A stretch of DNA of 32,000 nucleotides from Aliivibrio fischeri ES114 (lineage in GTDB: Bacteria; Pseudomonadota; Gammaproteobacteria; Enterobacterales; Vibrionaceae). Position 1 is the first letter of the stretch; every line of letters begins with the position of its first letter. Shown piece after piece: positions 1 to 8,663 of the stretch. Where the stretch lies: assembly GCF_000011805.1 (NCBI RefSeq), contig NC_006840.2; one strand, written 5' to 3'. The position numbers and the translations under genes are program-made. The notes beneath the pieces were generated by a model that was not told the origin of the DNA, did no database searches, and was given only the letters and a program-made list of their open reading frames with translations.

Positions 1-1240
1 ATACTGTTTCTGTTTCAGAGATCGATTTTTTGTTAATCATTGGGTTTAGTAATAGGTAGCTAATCGCTCCGCCTAATACAGCGTTTACAGGAACAACGCC
101 CGGTAAGAATTTACCAGCGGCAACACCAATGGCTACTGCGATAATACCTGCCCAGTTAATGGTTTGGAATGCTGCGTTATCAAAATTCATGTAGCGTTTA
201 CGGTTACTAAAGAAGTCCGCAATGATAACACCACCAATAGGTGGAATCGCTAAAGATAAGAACGTTAACCAACCTACAAAGTTATTGTATAGCCAAAGTG
301 CACAAACAGTACCAATTAGACCATTTAGCATAGAAACATATTTACTCGGTAAGCCAGTAATATTTGAAAAACCAAGCCCAGACGCGTATAGCGCATTGTC
401 GTTTGTCGTCCAAATATTTAGGCCTAATACGATAATTGCAGGTATTAATAGCCCTTGTGCAATCATCACTTCTGAAATATCAGACTGACCAGTAACAGAA
501 GCGCCAGCGGCACCAAAGATGAACATTAAAGAGTTACCGATAAAGAAAGCAATCATTGTGATAGCAACTGCACCCATTGGTTTTTTGCCAAAGCGGACGA
601 AGTCAGCTGTTAATGTTCCGGCACTTACAAAAGAACCAACAACCATGGCAAGAGCAACCGAAAAGTCCATAGGTTCTGCAGGTTGAATCTTTTGAAGCTC
701 AGCAATACCACCAATACTATCAACAGCACTAAATACTGAGAATCCACCTAAAATGGCAATCGCAGGCACTGCAACCATAGATAAAACCATTAAAGCAGAT
801 ATACCGAAGTAAACAGTGACGGTCATTAATAGACCAGAGATAACAATAAGAGCGTTGGTATCTATGCCTGTGGCTTTTTGCACTGGGATAGCAAACATTG
901 CAACACCAACACCAAACCAACCAACTTGAGTACCACCGAGAAGTAGAGAGGGAAGCCAAGAGCCTTTAGAGCCAAAAGAAAAACGAGCGAGGAGGTGAGT
1001 AGAGAGACCAGTTGAAGCGCCGATGTAACCAAGAAAAGAAGTGTAAATGCCGAGGATTAAATTACCAATAAGAACAGCGAGGAAGAAATCATTAAAAGAA
1101 AGTCCGGTCCCAAGTGAACCGCCTGTCCACATACTTGCCGAGAAAAATGTGAGTCCTAACATAACTAAAGTTAAGGAAACGACGCCTTTTCTGGCTGTCT
1201 TAGGTACTGGCCCTAAGCTGTAATCATTGTCGTGAGACAT
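1..1240 (-). CDS. codB: Cytosine permease (NCS1 family), 3' end runs off the window
   Basis: Hand translation of the minus strand from ATG at 1240 gives MSHDNDYSLGPVPKTARKGVVSLTLVMLGLTFFSASMWTGGSLGTGLSFNDFFLAVLIGNLILGIYTSFLGYIGASTGLSTHLLARFSFGSKGSWLPS..., a CodB-like hydrophobic transporter. AGGA-type RBS just upstream. Not in the supplied ORF track because it is cut by the window edge. Confidence 0.9.
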   Translation of the reverse strand, partial: MSHDNDYSLGPVPKTARKGVVSLTLVMLGLTFFSASMWTGGSLGTGLSFNDFFLAVLIGNLILGIYTSFLGYIGASTGLSTHLLARFSFGSKGSWLPSLLLGGTQVGWFGVGVAMFAIPVQKATGIDTNALIVISGLLMTVTVYFGISALMVLSMVAVPAIAILGGFSVFSAVDSIGGIAELQKIQPAEPMDFSVALAMVVGSFVSAGTLTADFVRFGKKPMGAVAITMIAFFIGNSLMFIFGAAGASVTGQSDISEVMIAQGLLIPAIIVLGLNIWTTNDNALYASGLGFSNITGLPSKYVSMLNGLIGTVCALWLYNNFVGWLTFLSLAIPPIGGVIIADFFSNRKRYMNFDNAAFQTINWAGIIAVAIGVAAGKFLPGVVPVNAVLGGAISYLLLNPMINKKSISETETV

Positions 1241-1314
1241 ATGCAATCCTCGTCTGTATTGAATGTATTTTGGTCAAGTTTTTGACAAACGGACGAGAGT
1301 CTAAAGAAAATTAT

Positions 1315-1329
1315 ATTATTGTCAATAAT
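1315..1329. promoter_or_regulatory. Perfect 15-bp inverted repeat ATTATTG-T-CAATAAT upstream of codB (candidate operator)
   Basis: Direct reading; contains TTGACA on the minus strand and lies 75-90 bp upstream of the codB start. Repeated at 1812-1826 in the second copy. Confidence 0.35.
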
Positions 1330-1596
1330 GTAATCTTTGTTTTTGTTTTGTTTTAGATGGTTTTTTATTTATCTATCTGTATTTTAAGTGTTTATTTGCT
1401 TTGTTTTTTTAGTTATGTTTTTTTGTTAAACGGTTGCTTTGTTTCTTATTTTGCAGGAAATAGATTGTTGGATCTATTTTCTGGTTTTTATAAATAAAAG
1501 GTGGTGTGATATTTTTAATTTTGGTTATATTTGAGTTCTGAGAGTGGAAAAATCAATAGTAATCATAAAAATTATATCTTTTAGATAAAACAAAAA

Positions 1597-1618
1597 CCTC
1601 AAAGTATTACTTTTGAGG
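1597..1618 (-). terminator. Rho-independent terminator hairpin, duplicated copy
   Basis: CCTCAAA...TTTGAGG flanked by A-run and T-run (aaaaacctcaaagtattacttttgaggctttt). Confidence 0.7.
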
Positions 1619-1681
1619 CTTTTGTCGTTTTTATTTCATTAATATCTATTTTTTGATTGTTAAGTGTGGGGTTTTATCCGA

Positions 1682-1762
1682 TTACTCCCAGATTATTTTT
1701 TTATCTTGAGGCCAGTTAGATGCAAAATCATGATACTTTTTCTCTAGTACGTGGCGTTTTAT
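1682..1762 (-). pseudogene. Orphan 3' fragment (26 codons + stop) of the acyl-CoA synthetase gene created by the tandem duplication
   Basis: Minus strand reads IKRHVLEKKYHDFASNWPQDKKIIWE*, identical to the C-terminus of the ORF at 2179-3855. Confidence 0.9.
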
Positions 1763-2259
1763 GTATTTTGGTCAAGTTTTTGACAAACGGACGAGAGTCT
1801 AAAGAAAATATATTATTGTCAATAATGTAATCTTTGTTTTTGTTTTGTTTTAGATGGTTTTTTATTTATCTATCTGTATTTTAAGTGTTTATTTGCTTTG
1901 TTTTTTTAGTTATGTTTTTTTGTTAAACGGTTGCTTTGTTTCTTATTTTGCAGGAAATAGATTGTTGGATCTATTTTCTGGTTTTTATAAATAAAAGGTG
2001 GTGTGATATTTTTAATTTTGGTTATATTTGAGTTCTGAGAGTGGAAAAATCAATAGTAATCATAAAAATTATATCTTTTAGATAAAACAAAAACCTCAAA
2101 GTATTACTTTTGAGGCTTTTGTCGTTTTTATTTCATTAATATCTATTTTTTGATTGTTAAGTGTGGGGTTTTATCCGATTACTCCCAGATTATTTTTTTA
2201 TCTTGAGGCCAGTTAGATGCAAAATCATGATACTTTTTCTCTAGTACGTGGCGTTTTAT
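1761..2259. repeat. Direct tandem duplication, copy 2 (~497 bp unit)
   Basis: Near-identical to 1263-1762 at a constant offset of 497/498 bp. It overlaps the intact 3' end of the acyl-CoA synthetase gene. Confidence 0.95.
2094..2115 (-). terminator. Rho-independent terminator hairpin downstream of the acyl-CoA synthetase gene (bidirectional-looking)
   Basis: Same hairpin as 1597-1618, 64 bp beyond the stop codon at 2179. Confidence 0.75.
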
Positions 2260-3855
2260 CTTTAAAGTTGGCGTTAAAATGCCATTTTCAATGCTCCAAG
2301 GCTCTTTTATCATTAAGATACCTTTTAGCTTTTCATGTGACTCTAAACCATCATTAATTGTCTCAAGGTTTTTAAGAGCGGTTCTTTCATAACGAGCTTG
2401 ATCAAAATTAGGGTAAGCATGAGGTACTGCTAATAAAATAGGTCCTGGTAGACCTGAGCCTATTAAACACATCATTTCAAGATTGCTTAAATCAAAGATG
2501 TGTTTTTCGATCGGGACAGGAGCTACGAATTTTCCTTTGGCAGTTTTGAACGTGTCTTTTTTCCTGCCTTGAATAGTTAAAAATCCCTCTGAATCAATAG
2601 ATCCAATATCACCTGTGTGGAGCCATCCATCTTTATTAAAAGTTTCCGCAGTTGCTTCATCATTTTTATAATAACCAGCAAAGAGACTGTCTCCTCTAAC
2701 TAAAATTTCTTCATCGTCTGCAATTTTTAATTCAACACCAGGCCCAGCAGCGCCGACACTGCCGACTTTATCTGAACGGTATGGATGATTCAGTGTGCTA
2801 TAGGCAAACGTCTCTGTCATTCCCCATGCTTCGGTAATGTTTAGACCTATACTTTCATACCATTTTAATAAACTTGCAGAAACAGGAGCCGAACCACAGC
2901 CTAGTACACGTGCTTTATCAAGTCCTAAGCCATCAGCTAACTTACGTTTTATTAATCCACTAACGAATGGAATTTTTAATAAAATAGCTAATTTCTTTTG
3001 TGGCAGTTTATCTTGAATTCGTTGTTGGAAAACCGTCCATAATCGTGGAACCGAAATAAATAAAGTAGGGCGATGCATTTTTACATCTTCAATAAAAGTA
3101 TCTAAAGATTCGGGGAAGGCGGTTTGGATCCCTCCAAAGAAAGCTGAACCTAAAATATAAACTCGCTCAGTGATGTGAGCTAAAGGAAGGTAAGAAAAGA
3201 GCCTGTCATCTTGTTGCATACCAATGTGATTAATTAAATGCTTAGATGCGTGACTAAATCCTCCAAAAGTGAGCATTGCCCCTTTTGGTAAACCAGACGT
3301 TCCTGAGGTATACACTATAGACATTAATGTATTGTCATTATGTTCGGCTTTAAAGCTTGAAGGGTTATGAGTTGTCAATAACACTTCAAATTGATATTGG
3401 CACTTGGCTGCAGAGTCATAGTCAAAAGCGATAGTTAATATATCGGGTAAGTTAGTGATTGCCTGTTGTGTTGCTTCACTATTATCAAGTTTACCTACAA
3501 TAAGTACCTTACTTTCACTGTGTGTTAAACAATGCTCTATAGTGTCGAGCCCTGCTGTTGGAAAAATAGGAACACTCACAAAATCCCCTAACATTAAGGC
3601 CAGATCAGTGATAAACCATTCGGCACAGTTTTTAGAGATTAGTGCGACTCTGTCTTTTGGTTTAATGCCCATCTCTTGCAGTGCGCTCACAAGACGCAAT
3701 GCCTTATCAACAACATCAGCAAAAGAATAGTCTGTAAATTCTCTGTTTTTTATTTGACGAAGAAATAGATCATGTGGCTTTTTCTCTGCCCATTCGAGCA
3801 TCGCCTCATGAGGGAGTTGAGGGTTGGTTTTGTGGTCAAAAAATGGCTGATTCAT
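2179..3855 (-). CDS. AMP-binding long-chain fatty acid-CoA ligase (acyl-CoA synthetase)
   Basis: 558-aa ORF with AMP-binding motif YTSGTSGLPKGAM, GWLHTGD and YYKNDEAT motifs characteristic of acyl-CoA synthetases. Confidence 0.88.
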   Translation of the reverse strand: MNQPFFDHKTNPQLPHEAMLEWAEKKPHDLFLRQIKNREFTDYSFADVVDKALRLVSALQEMGIKPKDRVALISKNCAEWFITDLALMLGDFVSVPIFPTAGLDTIEHCLTHSESKVLIVGKLDNSEATQQAITNLPDILTIAFDYDSAAKCQYQFEVLLTTHNPSSFKAEHNDNTLMSIVYTSGTSGLPKGAMLTFGGFSHASKHLINHIGMQQDDRLFSYLPLAHITERVYILGSAFFGGIQTAFPESLDTFIEDVKMHRPTLFISVPRLWTVFQQRIQDKLPQKKLAILLKIPFVSGLIKRKLADGLGLDKARVLGCGSAPVSASLLKWYESIGLNITEAWGMTETFAYSTLNHPYRSDKVGSVGAAGPGVELKIADDEEILVRGDSLFAGYYKNDEATAETFNKDGWLHTGDIGSIDSEGFLTIQGRKKDTFKTAKGKFVAPVPIEKHIFDLSNLEMMCLIGSGLPGPILLAVPHAYPNFDQARYERTALKNLETINDGLESHEKLKGILMIKEPWSIENGILTPTLKIKRHVLEKKYHDFASNWPQDKKIIWE

Positions 3856-3998
3856 GGCTGCATCCTGCGATTATTATTATTTGTTGTTAATATAATGTTA
3901 AGTAAATATCGTTTTATTAGATCAGTCAAATTTTAATCAAAATAATGAGAACTTTATAAATGAGTATTTACACTAAAGTTCGATGATTGATAGGTATA

Positions 3999-4029
3999 AA
4001 AAAGCCTGCATATAAAAAGCAGGCTTATT
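3999..4029 (-). terminator. Rho-independent terminator downstream of mutS
   Basis: AAGCCTGC-atataaaaa-GCAGGCTT with T-run in the minus-strand direction. Confidence 0.8.
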
Positions 4030-4064
4030 TGAATAGAATATTTTTTCTAGAGCTGGGAGGGAAT

Positions 4065-6629
4065 TTATAAAAGCGCTTTTAAACGATATAACTCTTCAAG
4101 TGCTTGGCGAGGTGTTAAGTCATCCGGATTAACATGCGCTAATGCTTCTTCAACTTCACTGATTTCAGGAATAAGAGAGAGCTGATGCTCTTCTTTTACC
4201 GTTGTGCTTGTTGCAGGAACAGGTACTTGTCCACTTTCTAAATGTTGTAATTTTTGTTTCGCTTTCTTAATGACACTTTTAGGTACACCAGCTAAAGAAG
4301 CAACAGCAAGGCCATAAGATTTATTTGCTGCACCTTCTTGAACCGCGTGCATAAAGGCAATTTCATCACCATGCTCAACAGCATCAAGATGCACATTAGC
4401 TAAACCGGTAAATAGATTCGGCAGTTCGGTTAATTCGAAGTAATGAGTTGCAAATAATGTCATAGCATTAATTTTTGTTGCTAGCCATTCAGCACTTGCC
4501 CAAGCTAGAGACAAGCCATCATAAGTACTTGTACCTCGGCCAATTTCATCCATTAAGACAAGACTGTGTTTGGTTGCATTATGAAGAATATTTGCTGTTT
4601 CAGTCATTTCAACCATGAAAGTTGAACGACCTGATGCCAAATCATCTGAGGCACCAATACGAGTAAATATACGGTCTAAGGTTCCAATTTCTGCTGAGTC
4701 AGCAGGAACATAACAACCAACATGTGCCATTAATGCAATGAGGGCCGTTTGACGCATATAAGTTGACTTACCACCCATGTTTGGACCTGTAATGATCAAC
4801 ATCTTACGGTCTGGATTCAGTTTTATTGGGTTAGCGATGAATGGGTCACTCATTACTTGTTCAACTACTGGGTGACGTCCCCCTTCAATATTAATACCGG
4901 TTTCTTTGGTTAGTACTGGTCGGCAGTAATTTAAGGTATCCGCTCGTTCCGCAAGATTACTTAATACATCAAGCTCTGAAATTGCATTCGCCATTGATTG
5001 TAACTGTTCTAGGTGAGGAAGCAGTTGATCAAATAATTCTTCCCATAATCTCTTTTCAATGGCGAGCGCTTTTGACTTTGAGTTAAGCACTTTATCTTCG
5101 TGCTCTTTAAGTTCAGGGATAATATAACGCTCTGCATTTTTAAGTGTTTGGCGGCGTACATAGTGAGCAGGTGCTTTATGGCTTTGGCCTTTGCTTATTT
5201 GGATATAGAAACCGTGTACGTTGTTATAACCCACCTTTAAGGTATCAATATCATGGCGCTCACGTTCTTCTTGTTCTAGTTTCTCTAAGTATTGCGTTGC
5301 ACCATTAGCAAGATCGCGCCATTGATCTAACTCTTCGTTGTAACCATCAGCTAAAACCCCACCATCACGAATAACAACGGGTGGGTTTTCTTTTATTGCT
5401 CGTTCTAATAGCTCGCAAATTGAGTCAATAGGTTGAGCTGATGCTGCAAGTGTTAATAGGTGATCTTGTTGAAATTCTTGAGTGGTTTGCGATAGTTCTG
5501 GTAATTGTTGCAGTGCATTACGCAAACGAGCGAGATCACGTGGTCTTGCTGAGCGTAACGCTAGACGAGCAAGAATACGTTCTACATCACCAATATTTTT
5601 AAGTTGAGGAGCCATATCTGCAAATAGGCCGCTTTCTTTTAGTTCACCAATCGCATCAAGACGTTGGTTTAGTACGTCGTGAGTTCTTACTGGTTGATGT
5701 AGCCAGCGTTTTAGTAAACGGCTGCCCATAGCTGTTGATGTGTGATCTAAGATTTCTGCTAAAGTATGGTTAAAACCACCTGCGAGGTTCTGAGTGATTT
5801 CTAGATTCCGGCGAGTTGCTGCATCTAAAATTACAGAGTCATCTTGATGATCCATAATAATAGAACGAATGTGCGGAAGGGTGGTTCTTTGAGTATCTTT
5901 TACGTATTGAATCAAGCAGCCAGCAGCGCAAAGACCAAACTCAGCTTTTTCTACGCCAAAGCCAACTAAATCACGAGTACCAAATTGATTGTTCAGTTGT
6001 TGTTTTGCGGTATCAAGTTCAAATTCCCATACTGGGCGACGGCGATTGCCATTGCGTTTTTCAAGAAGATGAACAGGTTCAAAGTCTTCACTAAATAGCA
6101 GTTCTGTTGGTGCCGTGCGTTGTAACTCAGCCAACATAGCTTCTTCAGTATTTGGTTCAGATACCTTGAATCGACCTGATGTGATATCTAGCGTAGCGTA
6201 ACCAAATTGACCTTTATGATGATAAATAGCGGCGATAAGGTTATCGAACCTTTCTGGTAATAGAGCTTCATCTGTTACGGTGCCTGGCGTGACAATACGC
6301 ACGACTTTACGTTCAACGGGCCCTTTACTTGTTGCAGGATCGCCAACTTGTTCACAAATAGCGACAGATTCACCTTGTTGAACAAGTTTGGCTAAATAGC
6401 CTTCAACTGCATGATAAGGAATACCTGCCATTGGAATTGGTTCGCCAGCAGATGAACCACGCTTGGTTAAGGATATTTCAAGAAGCTGTGAAGCACGTTT
6501 GGCATCATCATAGAAAAGTTCATAGAAATCGCCCATACGATAAAACAGTAAGATATCAGGGTTTTCAGATTTTAAACGCAAATACTGTTGCATCATTGGG
6601 GTATGTTTTTCAGTTGATTTTATTGCCAC
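4065..6629 (-). CDS. mutS: DNA mismatch repair protein MutS
   Basis: Contains [35 protein letters not shown], Walker [14 protein letters not shown] and [13 protein letters not shown]. The track ORF (to 6854) carries a spurious N-terminal extension; the likely start is a GTG at 6629 ([16 protein letters not shown]). Confidence 0.95.
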   Translation of the reverse strand: MAIKSTEKHTPMMQQYLRLKSENPDILLFYRMGDFYELFYDDAKRASQLLEISLTKRGSSAGEPIPMAGIPYHAVEGYLAKLVQQGESVAICEQVGDPATSKGPVERKVVRIVTPGTVTDEALLPERFDNLIAAIYHHKGQFGYATLDITSGRFKVSEPNTEEAMLAELQRTAPTELLFSEDFEPVHLLEKRNGNRRRPVWEFELDTAKQQLNNQFGTRDLVGFGVEKAEFGLCAAGCLIQYVKDTQRTTLPHIRSIIMDHQDDSVILDAATRRNLEITQNLAGGFNHTLAEILDHTSTAMGSRLLKRWLHQPVRTHDVLNQRLDAIGELKESGLFADMAPQLKNIGDVERILARLALRSARPRDLARLRNALQQLPELSQTTQEFQQDHLLTLAASAQPIDSICELLERAIKENPPVVIRDGGVLADGYNEELDQWRDLANGATQYLEKLEQEERERHDIDTLKVGYNNVHGFYIQISKGQSHKAPAHYVRRQTLKNAERYIIPELKEHEDKVLNSKSKALAIEKRLWEELFDQLLPHLEQLQSMANAISELDVLSNLAERADTLNYCRPVLTKETGINIEGGRHPVVEQVMSDPFIANPIKLNPDRKMLIITGPNMGGKSTYMRQTALIALMAHVGCYVPADSAEIGTLDRIFTRIGASDDLASGRSTFMVEMTETANILHNATKHSLVLMDEIGRGTSTYDGLSLAWASAEWLATKINAMTLFATHYFELTELPNLFTGLANVHLDAVEHGDEIAFMHAVQEGAANKSYGLAVASLAGVPKSVIKKAKQKLQHLESGQVPVPATSTTVKEEHQLSLIPEISEVEEALAHVNPDDLTPRQALEELYRLKALL

Positions 6630-6736
6630 AACGAGACCTAATAAGTGAAGAATACATTTGGTGCTAAGAATACGTGAATCGAGACGGCAATCAAAGATAG
6701 AATAGATAAATTTCGAATTAAGATGGGAAGAATCTA

Positions 6737-7234
6737 ATGGATATGACGCAAAACATACAGTTAGCACAAAAAGTGGGTGAATTATTAGTACATCAAGAAA
6801 AAATGATGTCATGTTCAGAATCATGTACCGGTGGTGGCGTTGCGTTTTGTGCAACTGAAAATGCTGGAAGTTCAGCTTGGTTTGACCGTGGTTTTGTTAC
6901 TTATAGCAATGAGGCAAAACAAGATTCATTAGGGGTAAAACTAGATACCTTAATACGTTATGGCGCGGTTAGTGAAGAAGTTGTAAGAGAGATGGCTGAC
7001 GGTGCATTATTAAACAGTAAATCTGATATTACGGTTTCAATCAGCGGTATTGCAGGGCCCGGTGGAGCAACGGAAGATAAGCCTGTTGGAACGGTATGTT
7101 TTGGTTTTGCAGATAAGAATGAGTGGAGCAATGAAACTACTGTATATTTTACTGGTGATCGCAGTGAAGTTAGAATGAAAGCGATAGAATATGCATTTCT
7201 TACAATCAAGAATCGCTTAGAAGAGCTTAATTAA
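6737..7234 (+). CDS. pncC: Nicotinamide-nucleotide amidohydrolase PncC / CinA C-terminal domain family
   Basis: 165-aa ORF with SESCTGGG and [22 protein letters not shown] motifs of the CinA-C family. Adjacent to recA as in many Vibrionaceae. Confidence 0.9.
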   Translation: MDMTQNIQLAQKVGELLVHQEKMMSCSESCTGGGVAFCATENAGSSAWFDRGFVTYSNEAKQDSLGVKLDTLIRYGAVSEEVVREMADGALLNSKSDITVSISGIAGPGGATEDKPVGTVCFGFADKNEWSNETTVYFTGDRSEVRMKAIEYAFLTIKNRLEELN

Positions 7235-7305
7235 TTCAATTAGTTAGTTTGTTGTGTCGTGATATTGCTCAGAAAAAATTAGAAAAAAAATAGCAAAGCT
7301 ATAGA

Positions 7306-7325
7306 CACTGTACAAATAGACAGTA
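7306..7325 (+). promoter_or_regulatory. LexA (SOS) box upstream of recA
   Basis: CACTGTACAAATAGACAGTA matches the CTGT-N8-ACAG core perfectly (7308-7323), 52 bp upstream of the recA start. Confidence 0.85.
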
Positions 7326-7374
7326 TACTACTGGTCATTAACTGATTTAGTGATCTAGAAATCTGGAGAATCAA

Positions 7375-8421
7375 ATGGACGATAACAAGAAAAAAGCACT
7401 GGCCGCCGCATTAGGTCAAATTGAAAAACAATTTGGTAAAGGTTCAATCATGAAGTTGGGCGATAACCGCACAATGGATGTTGAAACTGTGTCTACTGGT
7501 TCTTTATCTCTTGATATTGCTCTAGGTGCTGGTGGTTTACCAATGGGTCGTATCGTTGAGATTTTTGGCCCTGAGAGTTCAGGTAAAACAACACTGACTC
7601 TAGAATTAATTGCAGCTGCGCAACGTGAAGGTAAAACATGTGCCTTTATTGATGCTGAACATGCTCTAGATCCTGTATACGCTAAAAAACTTGGCGTTAA
7701 TATTGATGAATTATTAGTTTCTCAGCCAGATACGGGTGAGCAAGCTTTAGAAATCTGTGATGCGTTAGCACGTTCTGGTGCTGTTGATGTAATGGTAATT
7801 GACTCCGTTGCAGCATTAACACCAAAAGCTGAAATTGAAGGTGAAATGGGCGATAGCCACATGGGTCTTCAAGCTCGTATGCTTTCTCAAGCAATGCGTA
7901 AATTAACGGGTAACCTAAAGCAGTCAAACTGTATGGCTATCTTCATTAACCAAATTCGTATGAAGATTGGTGTAATGTTTGGTAACCCTGAAACAACAAC
8001 TGGTGGTAATGCACTTAAGTTCTATGCATCTGTTCGTCTTGACATTCGTCGTACTGGCGCAGTAAAAGATGGCGATGAAGTTGTTGGTAACGAAACTCGT
8101 ATCAAAGTCGTTAAGAATAAAATTGCAGCACCATTTAAACAAGCTGAAACTCAAATCATGTACGGCCAAGGTTTTAACCGTGAAGGTGAGTTAATTGACT
8201 TAGGTGTTAAACATAAGTTGGTTGATAAAGCGGGCGCATGGTACAGCTACAATGGTGATAAGATTGGTCAAGGTAAAGCGAACGCATCGAAATTCATGCG
8301 TGAAAATACTGAAGTAGCAGCAGAACTAGATAAGAAGCTACGTGAGATGCTATTGACTCCAGCAGAAGAAAAGCCAGAGACTGATGCTGCTCCTGAAATT
8401 GAAGAAAACGAAGAGTTTTAA
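7375..8421 (+). CDS. recA: Recombinase RecA
   Basis: 348 aa; [30 protein letters not shown] and Walker [16 protein letters not shown]. Confidence 0.99.
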   Translation: MDDNKKKALAAALGQIEKQFGKGSIMKLGDNRTMDVETVSTGSLSLDIALGAGGLPMGRIVEIFGPESSGKTTLTLELIAAAQREGKTCAFIDAEHALDPVYAKKLGVNIDELLVSQPDTGEQALEICDALARSGAVDVMVIDSVAALTPKAEIEGEMGDSHMGLQARMLSQAMRKLTGNLKQSNCMAIFINQIRMKIGVMFGNPETTTGGNALKFYASVRLDIRRTGAVKDGDEVVGNETRIKVVKNKIAAPFKQAETQIMYGQGFNREGELIDLGVKHKLVDKAGAWYSYNGDKIGQGKANASKFMRENTEVAAELDKKLREMLLTPAEEKPETDAAPEIEENEEF

Positions 8422-8447
8422 GCTTTAGTTTCTCTATAATATTTTTT

Positions 8448-8478
8448 AAAAGCCAAACCTTAGTGTTTGGCTTTTTTA
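8448..8478 (+). terminator. Rho-independent terminator downstream of recA
   Basis: AAAAGCCAAAC-cttagt-GTTTGGCTTTTTT. Confidence 0.85.
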
Positions 8479-8663
8479 TATCTAGCTATTTGTATTCTTA
8501 AGACGTTTCTTCAAATCCCTCTTTATTCCTCATTTGATCGTTGTACTTATCTATATTTCACTCTCATTTGCGTATACAATGTGCGAAATTCTGTCTAAAA
8601 AACACTGCTTGTCCTAATGAGTACAAGAGTGAGTTAAACTACGATTCAATCAGGAATATCCAC

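Larger units (their letters stand above)
1263..1760. repeat. Direct tandem duplication, copy 1 (~497 bp unit)
   Basis: Sequence from 'atgtattttggtcaagtttttgacaaacggacgagagtct...' to '...ctctagtacgtggcgtttt' recurs immediately at 1761-2257. The only difference I saw is one extra base near 1311 (aaaattatatt vs aaaatatatt). Confidence 0.95.

Noticed and set aside
222-488. 88-aa plus-strand ORF
   Set aside because: Antisense frame within codB.
729-959. 76-aa minus-strand ORF
   Set aside because: Overlaps codB in an alternative frame, with no recognisable features.
1263-2259. Tandem repeat as an insertion sequence or retron/miniature element
   Set aside because: No transposase or RT ORF and no terminal inverted repeats; the unit includes known chromosomal flanks (codB leader, synthetase 3' end), so it is a simple duplication.
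6630-6854. N-terminal 75-aa extension of the MutS ORF in the track
   Set aside because: Hydrophobic/odd sequence not part of MutS and overlapping the divergent pncC start; an over-extended ORF.
8541-8663. N-terminal extension of the AlaS ORF ([21 protein letters not shown]...)
   Set aside because: AlaS homology starts at [16 protein letters not shown] with its own AGGA RBS; the upstream part is the intergenic region.
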